NCBI GenBank assembly: GCA_012295275.1
Contig: CM022674.1
Location: 7,564,001 to 7,628,000 of the forward strand
DNA length: 64,000 nt
Source of the DNA: Chrysomallon squamiferum
Taxonomy: Eukaryota > Animalia > Mollusca
Reading direction: 5' to 3'
The notes below the pieces were generated by a model, which worked only from the letters and a program-made list of their open reading frames with translations, had not been told where the DNA came from and made no database searches. The position numbers were made by a program, and so were the translations under genes. Position 1 is the stretch's first letter, and each line of letters starts with the position of its first letter. This document shows, piece after piece, positions 35,804 to 51,086 of the stretch.

Positions 35804-38414
35804 CACAGTATCATAACTGATTTACTGAACTTCACAGTAACATAAGTGAATCATTAAACGTTCAGTAACAAACTGAATTACTGAACGTAGTGTACCATAA
35901 CTGATATACTGAATATTCACAGTAACAATGCTGATTAACTGAACATTCACAGTAACAGAACTGATTTACTGAATATTCACAGTAACATAACTGAATTACT
36001 GAACGTACATAGTACCATAACTGATATACTGAATATTCACAGTAACAATGCTGATTAACTGAACATTCACAGTAACAGAACTGATTTACTGAATATTCAC
36101 AGTTACAAAACTGATTTACTGAATATTCACAGTAACAGAACTGATTTAATGAACGTTCACAGTAACAGAACTAGTTTACTAAACGTTCACAGTAACAGAA
36201 CCGATCTAATGAACGCTCACAGTAACAGAACTGATTTAATGAACGTTCACAGTAACAGAACTGATCTAATGAACGTTCACAGTAACAGAACCGATCTAAT
36301 GAACGTTCACAGTAACAGAACTGATCTAAGGAACGTTCACAGTAACAGAACCGATCTAATGAACGCTCACAGTAACAGAACTGATCTAATGAACGCTCAC
36401 AGTAACAGAACCGATCTATTGAACGCTCACAGTAACAGAACTAGTTCACTGAATGTTCACAGTAACAGAACTGATCTAATGAACGCTCACAGTAACAGAA
36501 CTGATCTAATGAACGCTCACAGTAACAGAACCGATCTAATGAACGTTCACAGTAACAGAACTGATCTAATGAACGCTCACAGTAACATAACTGATCTAAT
36601 GAACGGTCACAGTAACAGAACCGATCTATTGAACGCTCACAGTAACAGAACTACTTCACTGAATGTTCACAGTAACAGAACTGATCTAATGAACGCTCAC
36701 AGTAACAGAACTGATCTTATGAACGCTCACAGTAACAGAACCGATCTAATGAACGCTCACAGTAACAGAACCGATCTAATGAACGCTCACAGTAACAGAA
36801 CCGATCTAATGAACGCTCACAGTAGCAGAACTAGTTCACTGAATGTTCACAGTAACAGAACCGATCCAATCAACGCTCACAGTAACAGAACTGATCTAAT
36901 GAACGCTCACAGTAACAGAACTGATCTAATGAACGCTCACAGTAGCAGAACTAGTTCACTGAATGTTCACAGTAACAGAACCGATCCAATCAACGCTCAC
37001 AGTAACAGAACTGATCTAATGAACGCTCACAGTAACAGAACTGATCTAATGAACGGTCACAGTAATAGAACCGATCTATTGAACGCTCACAGTAACAGAA
37101 CTAGTTCACTGAATGTTCACAGTAACAGAACTGATCTAATGAACGTTCACAGTAACAGAACCGATCTAATGAACGCTCACAGTAACAGAACCGATCTAAT
37201 GAACGCTCACGGTAACAGAACTGATCTAATGAACGTTCACAGTAACAGAACCGATCTAATGAACGTTCACAGTAACAGAACCGATCTAATGAATGCTCAC
37301 AGTAGCAGAACTAGTTCACTGAATGTTCACAGTAACAGAACCGATCTAATCATGCTCACAGTAACATAACTGATCTAATGAACGCTCACAGTAACATAAC
37401 TGATCTAATGAACGCTCACAGTAACAGAACCGATATATTGAACGCTCACAGTAACAGAACTAATTCACTGAACGCTCCCAGTAACAGAACCGATCTAATG
37501 AACGTTCACAGTAACAGAACCGATCTAATGAACGCTCACAGTAGCAGAACTAGTTCACTGAATGTTCACAGTAACAGAACCGATCCAATGAACGCTCACA
37601 GTAACAGAACTGATCTAATGAACGCTCACAGTAACAGAACTGATCTAATGAACGCTCACAGTAACAGAACTGATCTAATGAACGCTCACAGTAGCAGAAC
37701 TAGTTCACTGAATGTTCACAGTAACAGAACCGATCCAATCAACGCTCACAGTAACAGAACTGATCTAATGAACGCTCACAGTAACAGAACTGATCTAATG
37801 AACGGTCACAGTAATAGAACCGATCTATTGAACGCTCACAGTAACAGAACTAGTTCACTGAATGTTCACAGTAACAGAACTGATCTAATGAACGTTCACA
37901 GTAACAGAACCGATCTAATGAACGCTCACAGTAACAGAACCGATCTAATGAACGCTCACGGTAACAGAACTGATCTAATGAACGTTCACAGTAACAGAAC
38001 CGATCTAATGAACGTTCACAGTAACAGAACCGATCTAATGAACGCTCACAGTAGCAGAACTAGTTCACTGAACGTTCACAGTAACAGAACCGATCCAATG
38101 AACGCTCACAGTAACAGAACCGATCTAATGAACGCTCACAGTAACAGAACCGATCTAATGAACGTTCACAGTAACAGAACTGATCTAATGAACGGTCACA
38201 GTAACAGAACTGATCTAATGAACGTTCACAGTAACAGAACCGATCTAATGAACGCTCACAGTAATAGACCTGATCTAATGAACGCTCACAGTAACATAAC
38301 TGATCTAATGAACGCTCACAGTAACAGAACTGATCTAATGAACGGTCACAGTAACAGAACTGATCTAATGAACGGTCACAGTAACAGAACTGATCTAATG
38401 AACGGTCACAGTAA
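35804..38414. repeat. 30-bp tandem satellite, main block (about 87 monomers)
   Basis: Consensus GAACG(C/T)TCACAGTAACAGAAC(T/C)GATCTAAT; degenerate at the left edge, homogeneous inside. Confidence 0.99.
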
Positions 38415-39137
38415 GACCTCGTTATTTTCAATTCATTTATTCTAAATAGTAAAAATTTATCAGTTTTTGTTACATCCCAGCAAACACCACAATTTCTGTC
38501 AACAGCGTGGTAAGATGATTTATCTGTTGATATATAGTTATTGAAGAAAATCTCAGTTTTCATGATTTTAAAACTTCATTTACTTTGTTTGTTTTCGTTT
38601 TAGGCAAATTTTTAAACAAATATAAATTACATATATGGTAAAATATTTAAAGTTATTTCTTTACTAATCAATATTTAATAATTTCAGTCAAAATTTTGTT
38701 GTTGTTTTTTAAAGAACGACAACAAAACCCCTCCTGATTGTTATTTATACATTGTTAGTAACTCTATATTCAACTGATCATTGAAGAGTTATCTACTCTG
38801 ATACAGGGTGTTTTTGTTTTGTTTGGTCGTTCTTTTTTTTCTTTCTCTACTGGGAGTTTATGTACGTGTTTAAATATAAATTAGTACTTAAATATATACA
38901 CACATCTATATATATATTTAAAAAAATAATTATGTACATTTCAAATAAAATAAAATAAAAATCACATGTATCTCTGTGTTCCCAGATTTTTCACTTTTTA
39001 TTTCACAAAGAAATTGCATCCTTACTGATCACGCAAATATTTCTCTCGTCTTGTGCTTTTTTTTAGTTTTTGTTTAATGAAGTTTGAATCAGAAAATCTG
39101 ATATCCTTTGATAAAGTGCAAAAAGTAATGTTTTTAA
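38415..39137. other. ~720-bp non-satellite insert interrupting the 30-bp satellite, composed of inverted copies of 33902-34503 and 42326-42476
   Basis: The satellite stops at CACAGTAA (38414) and resumes in register at CATAACTGA (39138). Both halves of the insert match flanking loci in reverse complement. Confidence 0.9.
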
Positions 39138-39745
39138 CATAACTGATTTACATTCACAGTAACAGAACTGATTTAATGAACGTTCACAGTAACAGAACTG
39201 ATTTAATGAACGTTCACAGTAACAGAACTGATTCAATGAACGTTCACAGTAACAGAACTGATCTAATGAACGTTCACAGTAACAGAACTGATCTAATGAA
39301 CGTTGCACAGTAACAGAACTGATTTAATGAACGTTCACAGTAACAACTGATTTAATGAACGTGCACAGTAACAGAACTGATTTAATGAACGTTCACAGTA
39401 ACAGAACTGATTTACTGAACGTTCACAGTAACAGAACGTTGAACGTTCAGACAGTAACAACTGATTTCTGATTTACTGAATGAAAGTTCACGTTAGTAAC
39501 AGAACTGATTTACTGAACGTGCACAGTAACAAAACTGTTTTACTGAACGTTCACAGTAACAAAACTGTTTTAATGAACGTTCATCTAATGAAACAAAACT
39601 GATTTTTTACTGAACGTTTGCAGTAACAAAACTGTTTTACTGAACGTGCACAGTAACAAAACCGTTTTACTGAACGTTCACAGTAACAAAACTGTTTTAC
39701 TGAACGTGCACAGTAACAAAACCGATTTACTGAGCGTTCAGTAAA
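39138..39745. repeat. 30-bp tandem satellite, second block (about 20 monomers, degenerating rightwards)
   Basis: Same monomer and orientation as the main block. Confidence 0.97.
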
Positions 39746-39884
39746 ACAGCTGACTGATGGTAATCAATAAAACTGTTATAACTAAATCGATCGTAATCGA
39801 TGTGTGAAACCATGTATCTGGTGATTCTGTTTTGTCGCTCTTTGTTTTGTTGCTCTGTTTTCACTGGCTAATTCCGTCACACAG

Positions 39885-39945
39885 GAATCGCTCAACTTGG
39901 CGCGCTGGCGGGATGGTCACGTGACTCGCAATGGCGTCTGTGTGT
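39885..39945. promoter_or_regulatory. CpG-rich promoter/enhancer-like motif cluster
   Basis: TTGGCGCGC and TGGCGGGA (E2F-like), palindromic GTCACGTGAC at 39916-39925, AATGGCG (YY1-like) at 39930. Confidence 0.45.
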
Positions 39946-40139
39946 GCGGTACAATTAATGTAAACATCACCAAGTGCCGTTTGATGTCATTGCTTTATAA
40001 AAATATTGATGACATGAAAACTAAAAGTGATCTCATTTCATATTGATATGTGAATAGTAAAAGCGATCTCCAATGAATATGGTACTTAAGTATCCGTACT
40101 TGTAAAACTGAGGTAATCGATCTATTTGCTAAAGCGCAG

Positions 40140-40175
<36 letters not shown>

Positions 40176-41556
40176 AATGAAAATGAAAAAAAAAAGAAAG
40201 AAGAAAAACATAAAGTAAAGACAAGAAGGAAAAAACGAAACGAATTCAATCAGACAATTTTATTAAAGTTTTTATTTTTTTTAGTTTATTTAATTTTAAT
40301 TTTGTTTTTTGTTTTGGTGAGTTTAAAATTAATGTTCCTTGTTTTAAATGCTCCAGTTTTAAACTTGTTAGTAACTGTAGTCTCGATTGCTTTACAAAGA
40401 TAATCTGAATGTCTCAGATTTATTTCCCTCGTCGTCACATAAAAAAAATCTCCACTGTTAAACTCTGCAAGTAAATTAAACAAATTTCTTTAGCTGCTTC
40501 CTCTTTGTTCTTGAAATACATTTTATCTCATTGACATTTCTGCTTAAGACAAAGACGTAGATTACAGTGGTTAAGGCGACATTTTGACTGTAACACTTTA
40601 GTTTATATAATTTTTATTTTATTTTAAAGGAATATTTTAAGATGGGATTTGTTTCAAACCTCAAATGCTGTTTACTGTTTAACCGAAAGTGTTCACACAT
40701 ACACAGAAAGCTGTAGCGTTTACATCCAGAGTGATGATGGGTCATGGATTCATTCCTCGTCTAGGCTTCAGTTGGAAGTGTCTCCTGTTCTAGACTGTGC
40801 TCTCGACTGGATACATCCAGTGTGTTGGGTCGCGGGTTCATTCCTTGTCAGGGAAAATATAGATGTATGTAGTGTGTTTTACTGATTTAACAGGCAAATA
40901 AAAATGGTAATTTACTGACACAAGAAGACTGCAGAGACACTACAGCGGGTTTCAGCTGTTAAACAGGATTATTTTGAAAGAAAAACATTACAGCCAAACA
41001 GTACCAAATACCTGACACGTAAATAACAAATTTTCAAACACTTTTTACAATCGTGAAGAAATATATATTTGTCTTGCCGTTGCATTAAAAAAAATAAGTA
41101 TGTATTTATTTCAAAACCGTATTATATTATTTTATTTTCTCATTTTCTTTTGTTATTAGACGACATTCTTACCACTTATCTTTATTATTAATTACAACCT
41201 ATACTCTACGTACGAGCTGTTATAACTATAAATATTTCGTACAGACCTGTGTAATACAAAACGGTATTACATACTATGTTAGTATGTAGATATACCTTAA
41301 TGTACGTCTAGACAGGACGCAACTCTTGTGTTCAGTTTTTAGCTCTTTCCACAACAAAAATACTTTATTTAATCAAAACTAGTGAACCGTGACTTGTAGT
41401 TAGTGACAGATCAATGAACAAATCTTGTAATACATCTCTCTTATTCTTACTTTCTCTTTTCCTCTCTCTCTCTCTTAATCTGTCTCTCTTGCTTTCTCTC
41501 TTTTCTCCTCTCTCTTACTTTCTCTTTTCCTTCACTCTTGATCTCATTGTCAGTAT

Positions 41557-41660
<104 letters not shown>

Positions 41661-42214
41661 TCGAACTGTTTTAGAGTTTCAGGTACTGAGACAAGCTCAT
41701 TAGAACAAGAATAATCATATTTGATTATGGAAATTAGGTATTGTTATTTCGAAGTTCTTGTTTTAAGTGAAATTAATTAATGATTAAATTTGATCAATTT
41801 ATTATTATTATTATTATGATTGTTGTTGTTGTTGTTGTTGTTATTATTAAAATAAGAGGTATTTCTCTATGCAGCAACCATTCTTTCGGTTAACATCGGC
41901 AATTTTAAAATAGAAAAATAACGCTCGGTTGCTTAGGAAACATGTAAAATGATGAAATTGTTATCCGCAGTGTGTTTAAAATCCTCCAAAATCCTCGGAT
42001 AAAGGACGAGTTGTACATTATAATCATGTGAACTTCCTGTAATTGATACTAAAAGTAAATAACTAAATGAAGTTAAAAAAACAGAAGAAGAAAAAAAAAG
42101 CCTCGATAAGTTTAATGTGTCAGCAGTCAAGCGTTAGACATGCAAACTGTTCTCATTTCATACGCTTGTCAGACGACGAAGGGAAAAAAAAAGAAGATTT
42201 AAATTAAAAATAGT

Positions 42215-42300
42215 GCTCACGTGATGACGTAAGAACCTGGCCACGTGACGAGGTTGATTGTCTGAAACTGATTAACCAATCAACGTGTTGTCACGTTCAG
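42215..42300. promoter_or_regulatory. E-box/CRE/CCAAT cluster (enhancer-like)
   Basis: CACGTG at 42218 and 42242, TGACGTAA at 42225, CCAAT at 42276, plus non-canonical AACGTG/CACGTT. Confidence 0.45.
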
Positions 42301-42325
42301 TGTGATAGACTGGATGCTTGTCACT

Positions 42326-42476
42326 TTAAAAACATTACTTTTTGCTCTTTATCAAAGTATATCAGATTTTCTGGTTGAAACTTCATTAAACAAAAGCTAA
42401 GAAAAAGCACAAGACGAGAGAAATATTTGCGTGATCAGTAAGGATGCAATTTCTTTGTGAAATAAAAAGTGAAAAA
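42326..42476. repeat. Segment X: inverted copy of 38987-39137
   Basis: AAATATTTGCGTGATCAGTAAGGATGCAATTTCTTTGTGAAATAAAAAGTGAAAAA (42421-42476) is the exact reverse complement of 38987-39042; the rest differs by a few substitutions. Confidence 0.93.
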
Positions 42477-43839
42477 AAGAGAGAAAAAAAGAAGAAGAAG
42501 AAGCTAAAAGAAAGAAAAAGAAAAGAATAAACAAGAAAAAAAAAAAAACGAAAAGAGAAAAAAGAAAAAAAGAAAAAGAATCTTGAATTAAAAATAATAA
42601 AATAATATTCATATTAAACAGCAGATCTTTGTGTATGTCGTTTTACTGTGTAGTGATATACGTACACAAACCACACATTCTGTTGTTCTTTTCTTAGAAA
42701 TAAACAACAAACAAAATACAAAACATCCTTCAAGGCCCATTTTACAACACTCAAGAGGGTTTAACATTGAATCCTTATAAAAAAAAAAAAAAAAAAAAAC
42801 CACTAGTTTCATCAAAATGAACCCACAGATATATTAGAGCCTAAAAAGAGGCGGTCATTGCTTTGTGGCCAAAATACAAAAATTCGAAGGCAAATAATTC
42901 AAAAATTGTTATCTGAGATAATATTTGAGATTTTGGCTGATTATGTTAAAGCAACCCTAATATTTCAGCGAAATCGAAGATGGTTAAAATTTAACTTTTT
43001 TTTGGTGGGTGGGATGATTTTACACAGAATAATTCTTAAATTAATTACACACTAAGTTATTTAAACAAACGTTTTTGCAAATGGACCAGTCTAAATATAG
43101 TAACACACAGGAGCAACAACGACGTACGAGAATATTCCGTGTCGCTAACACCTGCAGTGATGACGTCTTCTGACGTCGTGCGGTTCAGTAAACATCGATA
43201 ATAAGTAAGAAGAAAATTGGATCATTTAAACGTAAACTCCAAGTACCGATCAAATGTAAACAATTTGTCAGTCAAGACTGGTATATCCTGTATATTCCGC
43301 TCGCCTTGTTATTCCGGTCACTGAGCTATTGAGCTGGTACCAGTCCATTTCATGTTTGCTTAGTGGTCAAATAATTTACTGCGTTTTTTTTTTTTTACTA
43401 TTTCCTTTCAATGCTTTCTGGAAGTGATGGTAAATTTATAGCCCCTGGCTGTCCAAGGAATTCCAGGCTGAAACGCCCATTATACGTGGATGAGTGACAA
43501 ACGTCGATTTTTCTGTAAGAAATTTCTGTGCAAACTTGTCCGTAATTCACTCTTTTGTTCTTTTGACATCAGACGAAATGATTATATTTTGATCTTGTCT
43601 TTCCTTTATTTATTTATTTACTTACACATCTGCCTGCCTGCCTGCCTGTCTCTCTATTTACCTATTTATTTTTGTTTCTATTAATAGTTTTAAATGTATA
43701 CAGAAATACATAATGTACTGATTACGTTATTACAGTTAACTGTATATCTTTCTTATACAACTTAGACACACATATTCAGACATACAAACACACACACATA
43801 TATACAAAAACATATTCATTATCACTCTTTCTATCTGCT

Positions 43840-43847
43840 TATCTATA

Positions 43848-43912
<65 letters not shown>

Positions 43913-43925
43913 GTCTATCTGTCTG

Positions 43926-43996
<71 letters not shown>

Positions 43997-44005
43997 CTAT
44001 CTATC
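43840..44005. repeat. (CTAT)n microsatellite
   Basis: Direct reading. Confidence 0.97.
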
Positions 44006-44481
44006 TTCCTGACTCTGAATCTCTTTATTTGTCTATATGTCTGTCTATCTGCTTCTTTCTTTCTATTTATTTATTTATTTATTTGTCTCTTCAAATTTTA
44101 ATTCTTTTTAAAATTTTATTTACTGACCCTCTATCATATTGAACGCGATTCTAGATTTTCAGGATCCTGGTCTGTTTTTTAGAGGACGTCGGTGCTTTGA
44201 AGTAATGCCCACGTCACTCAGCAGAAAAAGAAATATTAGGATTTTCAGGACATTGTGACAGCTGGAATTACTAGCATTCTTCATGTCCAGATATAATCTT
44301 CTTTTTTATTATTATTATTGTTTTTACACACTTTGATGAATTCCTCTTAGTTTTTAAAACAGTGTTTGAATCATATAACAGTAATGAGAATTTCATACAA
44401 CAGAAAAAAAAAAAAAAGAAAAAAAAAGGATAATAGCAAAAAACCCCAACAATAACAACAGCAACAAACAACAACATAGTA

Positions 44482-44482
<1 letters not shown>

Positions 44483-44529
<47 letters not shown>

Positions 44530-44534
44530 TAATA

Positions 44535-44617
<83 letters not shown>

Positions 44618-44640
44618 TAATAAATAAATAAATAAATAAT
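44483..44640. repeat. (AAT)n microsatellite
   Basis: Direct reading. Confidence 0.96.
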
Positions 44641-45044
44641 ATTGTAATTAGTAAGAGGTATCTTCTATGATCATTATTCTGATTTTGTTTTGAATTTGAC
44701 ATGAAATATTACGTGTTTTCTCTGTGACGTAGCTTGTTTTATTTATATATATTTCATAATAAGATCATCTGGGGATTCAAACAACGAAAGGTTGCCATGG
44801 ACAACGAAATATAATTTGACGTATTTTGATTATTACCTACGACTAATTATTATTAATTAATTATCACCTTTAATCTCTGTTGCAGTTTGTGGGTGTATTT
44901 AGTTTTAATATAGAACAGTGCACTTCAGATTGTAAGCTTAATTAACTTTTCCCTTCGGAGACTGCGCTATGTCTGATAATACGAGAAACTAGCAAACTAA
45001 TTATTGCTGATATTTTCAAAAATAAGACACTGACGTAACATATA

Positions 45045-45246
<202 letters not shown>

Positions 45247-46191
45247 CCCCCTCCCTCCCTCCCTCCCTCTTCAGGGAATGGTACATACATGTTGAGATCA
45301 GTTTTATTTATTATATACTAATACAACAAACTCTGCATAATCCTTTCCTGCTCTCTTTCTCTCTCTCTCTTTTTTTTTTTTTTGTCAAAGAAAAAAGAAA
45401 AAAGGTTCTATTGGTTTAGTTTGTAACTATGTGGTTCAGTTGTTATTTGTCGTGTCGTTTGTCAGTTTCCCGAATCAATTTAAATGTTTGAAACATTCCA
45501 GTCAGAAAAATAATAACATTTTCACTTTGTCAATCGAAGATCGGTCCATTTGCAAAAACGTTTGTTTAAATAAAGTTCTACTGTCTGCTGCTGATTGGTG
45601 AGAATGTATACAAAATTTTATTTAATTTTATTAATATATTCTTTCATTTAGTGCAGCAAACTAATGTGATTGGAAGTAAATATGTAAACTGACATGGACA
45701 TTAATAAATTCAAAAGAATGAAAAAAAAAAAAAAAATTAAAAACTGAAATTTAATTTTCGTACTGTTTCGGGTAATTCCGTCATATCTGTCAGTCTAATG
45801 ACACAGTTATCGAACATGACCTTTCAAAGAGAGGCTGACCGGTGGATTAGTGCTTTACGGAAATGTAAACCTAATCTAAATGTAATGAAATGATCCACGC
45901 ATCGTTAAGTTAAGGATACCCCTGTCGTTTCAGCAGCGGTGTGAAGGAAAAAAGACGAATATATTAACGAAATTAATGTTTAACAGCGGGAGATTACGAA
46001 ACTCTGGGGAAATCAACGATTTGTCACGGAATCCTTTGTATGAAATTACCTATGATATACTGATACCATACATTCTTATTTTATTATTATTATTTCTTTT
46101 TACATCGTGTTCTTTATATCATTCATTAAAAAGATAAAATAAAGGTAAAATTTTACTGCACGTAAATTCAGTATCATACATACGCCTACGC

Positions 46192-46314
46192 ATACACACA
46201 TAATACACACTTCACACAAATACACACATAATACACACTTCACACAAAAACACATATAATACACACTTCACACAAATACACACATAATACACACTTCACA
46301 CAAATACACACATA
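46192..46314. repeat. ~28-bp minisatellite, about 4 copies
   Basis: ACACACATAATACACACTTCACACAAAT repeated. Confidence 0.9.
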
Positions 46315-47523
46315 CTTGGAAAAACACATCAGTAAAAAGAATACGAGAATCAGCAGCGGAGACAAGGATTTGAACACGCTACATGTTTGTTACTTAAAGA
46401 AGAAGAAGATGAAGAAGAAGAAAAAGAAGCCATATGACCAACCAGCCAACGAAGAAAAAAAAAAGAAAAGAAAAAGAAACAAAAAAGAAACAAAAAACCC
46501 CCAGAAAATTAAAACAAAAACAGCAACAACAAAAAAATAATAAAAAAAAAAAAAAAAAAAGAAGAAGAAAGGAAATTTATTCACTTCATAAATATCGACG
46601 TTTTCAGAAAGATGATATAGTTTATTTCAGTATTCTGATCCAGGCTTCCCCCAACCACCTAAATATTACCATAGCCACGTTTTATTAGCTCGGTCCCAAA
46701 TTGATAACATAAATCTTACAACTAAATCCTAAAATAATTATTACAAGAGTGTTTATTGGGTCCTCCTACTCCCCCTCCCCCACAATCACACCCCAGTGCA
46801 CTATAAACCAAAGCGAGGCGAACCAATAAAGCACAATATTGTTTAGACACTAAAACCGGGCCGCAGTGCTAACGCGGACAAAGAAAAGGACCGGAACATA
46901 AAACTGACCGCGATGTTTGTCGTAATAAATGAACGAACGGAATCCTTAACTTGGACAACTAGCTGGATGTGGGAAGTGGGTGCGGGGGTGTGTGTTTATA
47001 TGTGTAGATTAGACTTCAGTCTATCTGATATTATTATGTGGTTTTTATAATAGTTTTAAATATATACTGAAATATGTAATATAGTGATTACGTTAATTCA
47101 GTTAATTTGTATTTCAGTTTTTTCTTATATACACATAAATATACACACCAACACACAAACACACACATCCATATCCATGCTTAATTACACAATACACACA
47201 CACATACATATACACCGATACATTAAACACATTCAACACACACACACTTCCACGCAAATAAACACCGATACACAAACACGATATAGACATATATATATGC
47301 GTGACACATACATACAAATACGCACAGAAAAACATACATACAGATACATACATTATACACTCATAAACAAATATAAGTATTTAACACACACACACAGATA
47401 TACACACATTGTGTCTATAACCATCTCTCTCTGACTGTCTTGATCACTTCATGTTGGTTTTTTGTCTCCTTCTTCAAATATCCCCACAACAAAACAATAT
47501 TTCGTTTTGTTTTTGTATTCTAA

Positions 47524-47592
<69 letters not shown>

Positions 47593-49445
47593 GAAAGAAA
47601 GAAAGAAAGAAAGAAAGAAACCCAAAACCCCTCCAAAAAAAACCCCAAAACCCTAGCAAACCCAAAGAAAAAATAAATAAGAAAAGAAAAAGAAAGAAAG
47701 AAAAAATAGCCCCCCCTTTTTTTATGACGTTATAGACAGTCATTACATCAAACTATTTAACATTTTAAAAGTTTAAAACAGTGAACTACTTTTAAAACGT
47801 AATGATGTTATAAATCGCGGCCAGCAATTTCCTTGCACCGTTTCATCAGTTATTCACACACTTGTTAACATCACAGAGCTAGCGAACCGCAAATAAAACG
47901 AATGAATCTACGTCATTCATCTCTCGAGCCAATGAAATTACGACAGAGAAGCGCGAGCGTAAAGCGACGTCAGTAAAGAATGATTTAGCGAGTTCATTAC
48001 GAAAAGCGATCATTCTGGACAAATCGTAAAGCAGAACGTGCGATTCATAACGACATTGGCTGGCATTTCATCGTCATTCAATTAGTTTCATCTATTGGCA
48101 GTTTAGTTAATACGCGTAGAGACTGCAGTGTGCTGGAGACGAGCTTTTATAGGACATTAATACGAGGTGCAGAGGATAACAGCCCGGATCCGTGATCTAT
48201 TCACGTCACGATCACGTCTCTATCTGTTTCACGTGACCGTTCCCGCCTGTTTCCAGTGTGCAGTCATCCGGTTACAGCGCATTTTAAAGAGGCACAATAA
48301 AAACGTGTTCCAGTAAAAATAAAGGTTTTGAACGCAGTTATAACAACGTCGTTAGTTAAACAGAAGTTTTAAACATAATTATGCAATAAATGTCTTTAGT
48401 CAAGCTCAAATTATATGCATAATTATAATATAGAAGGGTCTGAAGACATATTAAAGTATTTTAGTACAAAATGGGGATTTAAAAATAATTTTTGTAATAA
48501 GAAGGGTTTTAAACATAATTATGTAACAAAGACGGGTTTAGGAGATATAATAAAGTTTTGTTTAGTAAAATAAGAGTTTGAAGTGTTTTAGTAATAGAAG
48601 GATTCAGAACATAGGCTACTACGTTGTAACTACTTTTGCGACTAATACAGTACAAAACCATCACCACCAGTACTACTACTTCTATAACCATTGCAACTAC
48701 TACTACTACTACTGCTACTACTACTACTGCTACTGTTACTACTATTACTACTACAACTATTACTATCGTAACTAAGATAAAACAAATTAAGGAAGGTTTA
48801 GAAGGAAATCGTTGCAAACTCTCGCAATGCTCAGACCAGTAGTCTTCGGAAAAGGACATCATTTTTGTGTGTGTGATAAAATCATGGAGAATAATTTCAT
48901 TTCTTTCTCTTTTGTAAAGTTATTTATTGAGTGTTATTACACTTTTTCATTATTAGATTTGGTACAAGAAATTGCTCTGGTACATTTTTAGTATCATATA
49001 AATAAAAATGATTAAGAATAAACCAGTTATTTTTATTCTTTCCTTTTGATCGAGGTGAGTAATTTCAGAGGAAAGTCAAGTTTACACAGACGTACTTTGA
49101 TGCCAGACACTGGAACACACTGGCAGAAAGCTAAGTTACATAGTAAGTTACATCGTGTTTGCAGAGCAGAATTGCACTTTTAGGGTTAGAAAAAAAGAAA
49201 AAGAAAAACGTTTTTGAAAAAAAGTCATCGTATCTTGCTGTTATGTACAGCGGTTGCAGGATCAAAAGATGAAGAGTTGTTATTTACTTACTTGAAAACT
49301 TTAATATAATTTAGTAACAACAGTTCACGTAACACAAATACCTAATCATTAAAAAAAAAGAAAAAAAAGATTTCCAATCTGACTATCTGCTTGGTTTCTT
49401 ACGTATATAGACATATACCTGCCACACACACACACACACACACAC

Positions 49446-49487
<42 letters not shown>

Positions 49488-50661
49488 CACACACATATAT
49501 ATATATATATATACACATATATCTACCTAACTACCTAGATACATGCGTATTCATATACAGACACATATACGTATATGCATCAGTTACACATATACATGCA
49601 TACACATATAAATATATACATAGATACATAGATATACATACATAAATATATACATATACATACATAAGTACATGCATAACATACAAACATAACACACACA
49701 CACATTCATGCATATTCAAAGAACGAAATAAAGAAAGAAAGAAAGAAACAATTTCTTTCTGTTACTTACAAAAAAAAAGGATTTTATGAAAAAGTTTATT
49801 AAAATATCATTTATTACAGATCCTGAAAATTAAAAAAAAAAAAATTCAGTTGCAGTTCTCCTACCCGAGGGACAACAAAAGATGAAATGATCGAAGACAT
49901 GCGTGCTGTGGTAAGAGTGCACTTCCTGTGCCTCCCTGCCCCGGTGCAGACGTGAGGTGAATTATTTAAGAAGATTGATTACCGCGGCAGGTGCTGTTGC
50001 CTCGCTTAATGCGTCCTCTGTGAATAATTTAACTTTTTACTCCGTTTGTTGCTTCCACTTTTTTCTTCGTTTTTCAATTAAAACTATGAATATATTATAT
50101 GTGTTTGTGTGCATGCAGTTGTGTGTGCCTGTGTTATTTAAATGTAAAAACACGAGAAGACGGTGCAGCAGTAATAAAACGTGTGTATTTGACTGCTAAC
50201 TCGACTTGTCTGTGTTTTATCTGCTGTTCTCTTCAGCTCGGACACCGCTGTCGCTTAAAGAAAGAACAAAAAAAAAAAGAAGTCGTATATCGCATTTATC
50301 ATAAAGCTTTCTGTTCAAAACATATTGATTCACAAACTCAATTTATTTTCGGTTATAAACATTAATATATGAAATTTCCGTGGAAACACATCGCTTCGCC
50401 GAGAGAGAACAAAGACTCGGTGTTTGTACACGACTGGACGCAGGGGGTAATCGAACAAGAAAGTCGGGCACTGTTGAACACTCTGTGGCCGAGATTGACA
50501 ATTCTTGTCATGGCCGCAGAGGACTTTCCGGTCCCCCCCAGTCCCTATCCTGAATAAACAGACTGTGTACAATTAACACCGATACACACACAGAACACAC
50601 AAAACAATCACAGCAGCAGAAACAATAACAACAATGAAAACAATTTCATATGGTGCTTTTT

Positions 50662-51086
<425 letters not shown>

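Noticed and set aside
36149-38445. Two long ORFs (406 and 355 aa) of MNAHSNRTDL repeats with an N-R-T sequon in nearly every unit, suggesting a mucin-like glycoprotein
   Set aside because: They are translations of the 30-bp satellite. A unit length divisible by 3 easily leaves a frame open (the minus strand also gives LDQFCYCERS repeats). There is a 1-bp frameshift near 37351, variants are often non-synonymous, and no signal peptide or flanking splice sites were found.
35804-39745. 30-bp repeats as a CRISPR-like array
   Set aside because: Monomers are head-to-tail with no unique spacers, the context is eukaryotic and there are no cas genes.
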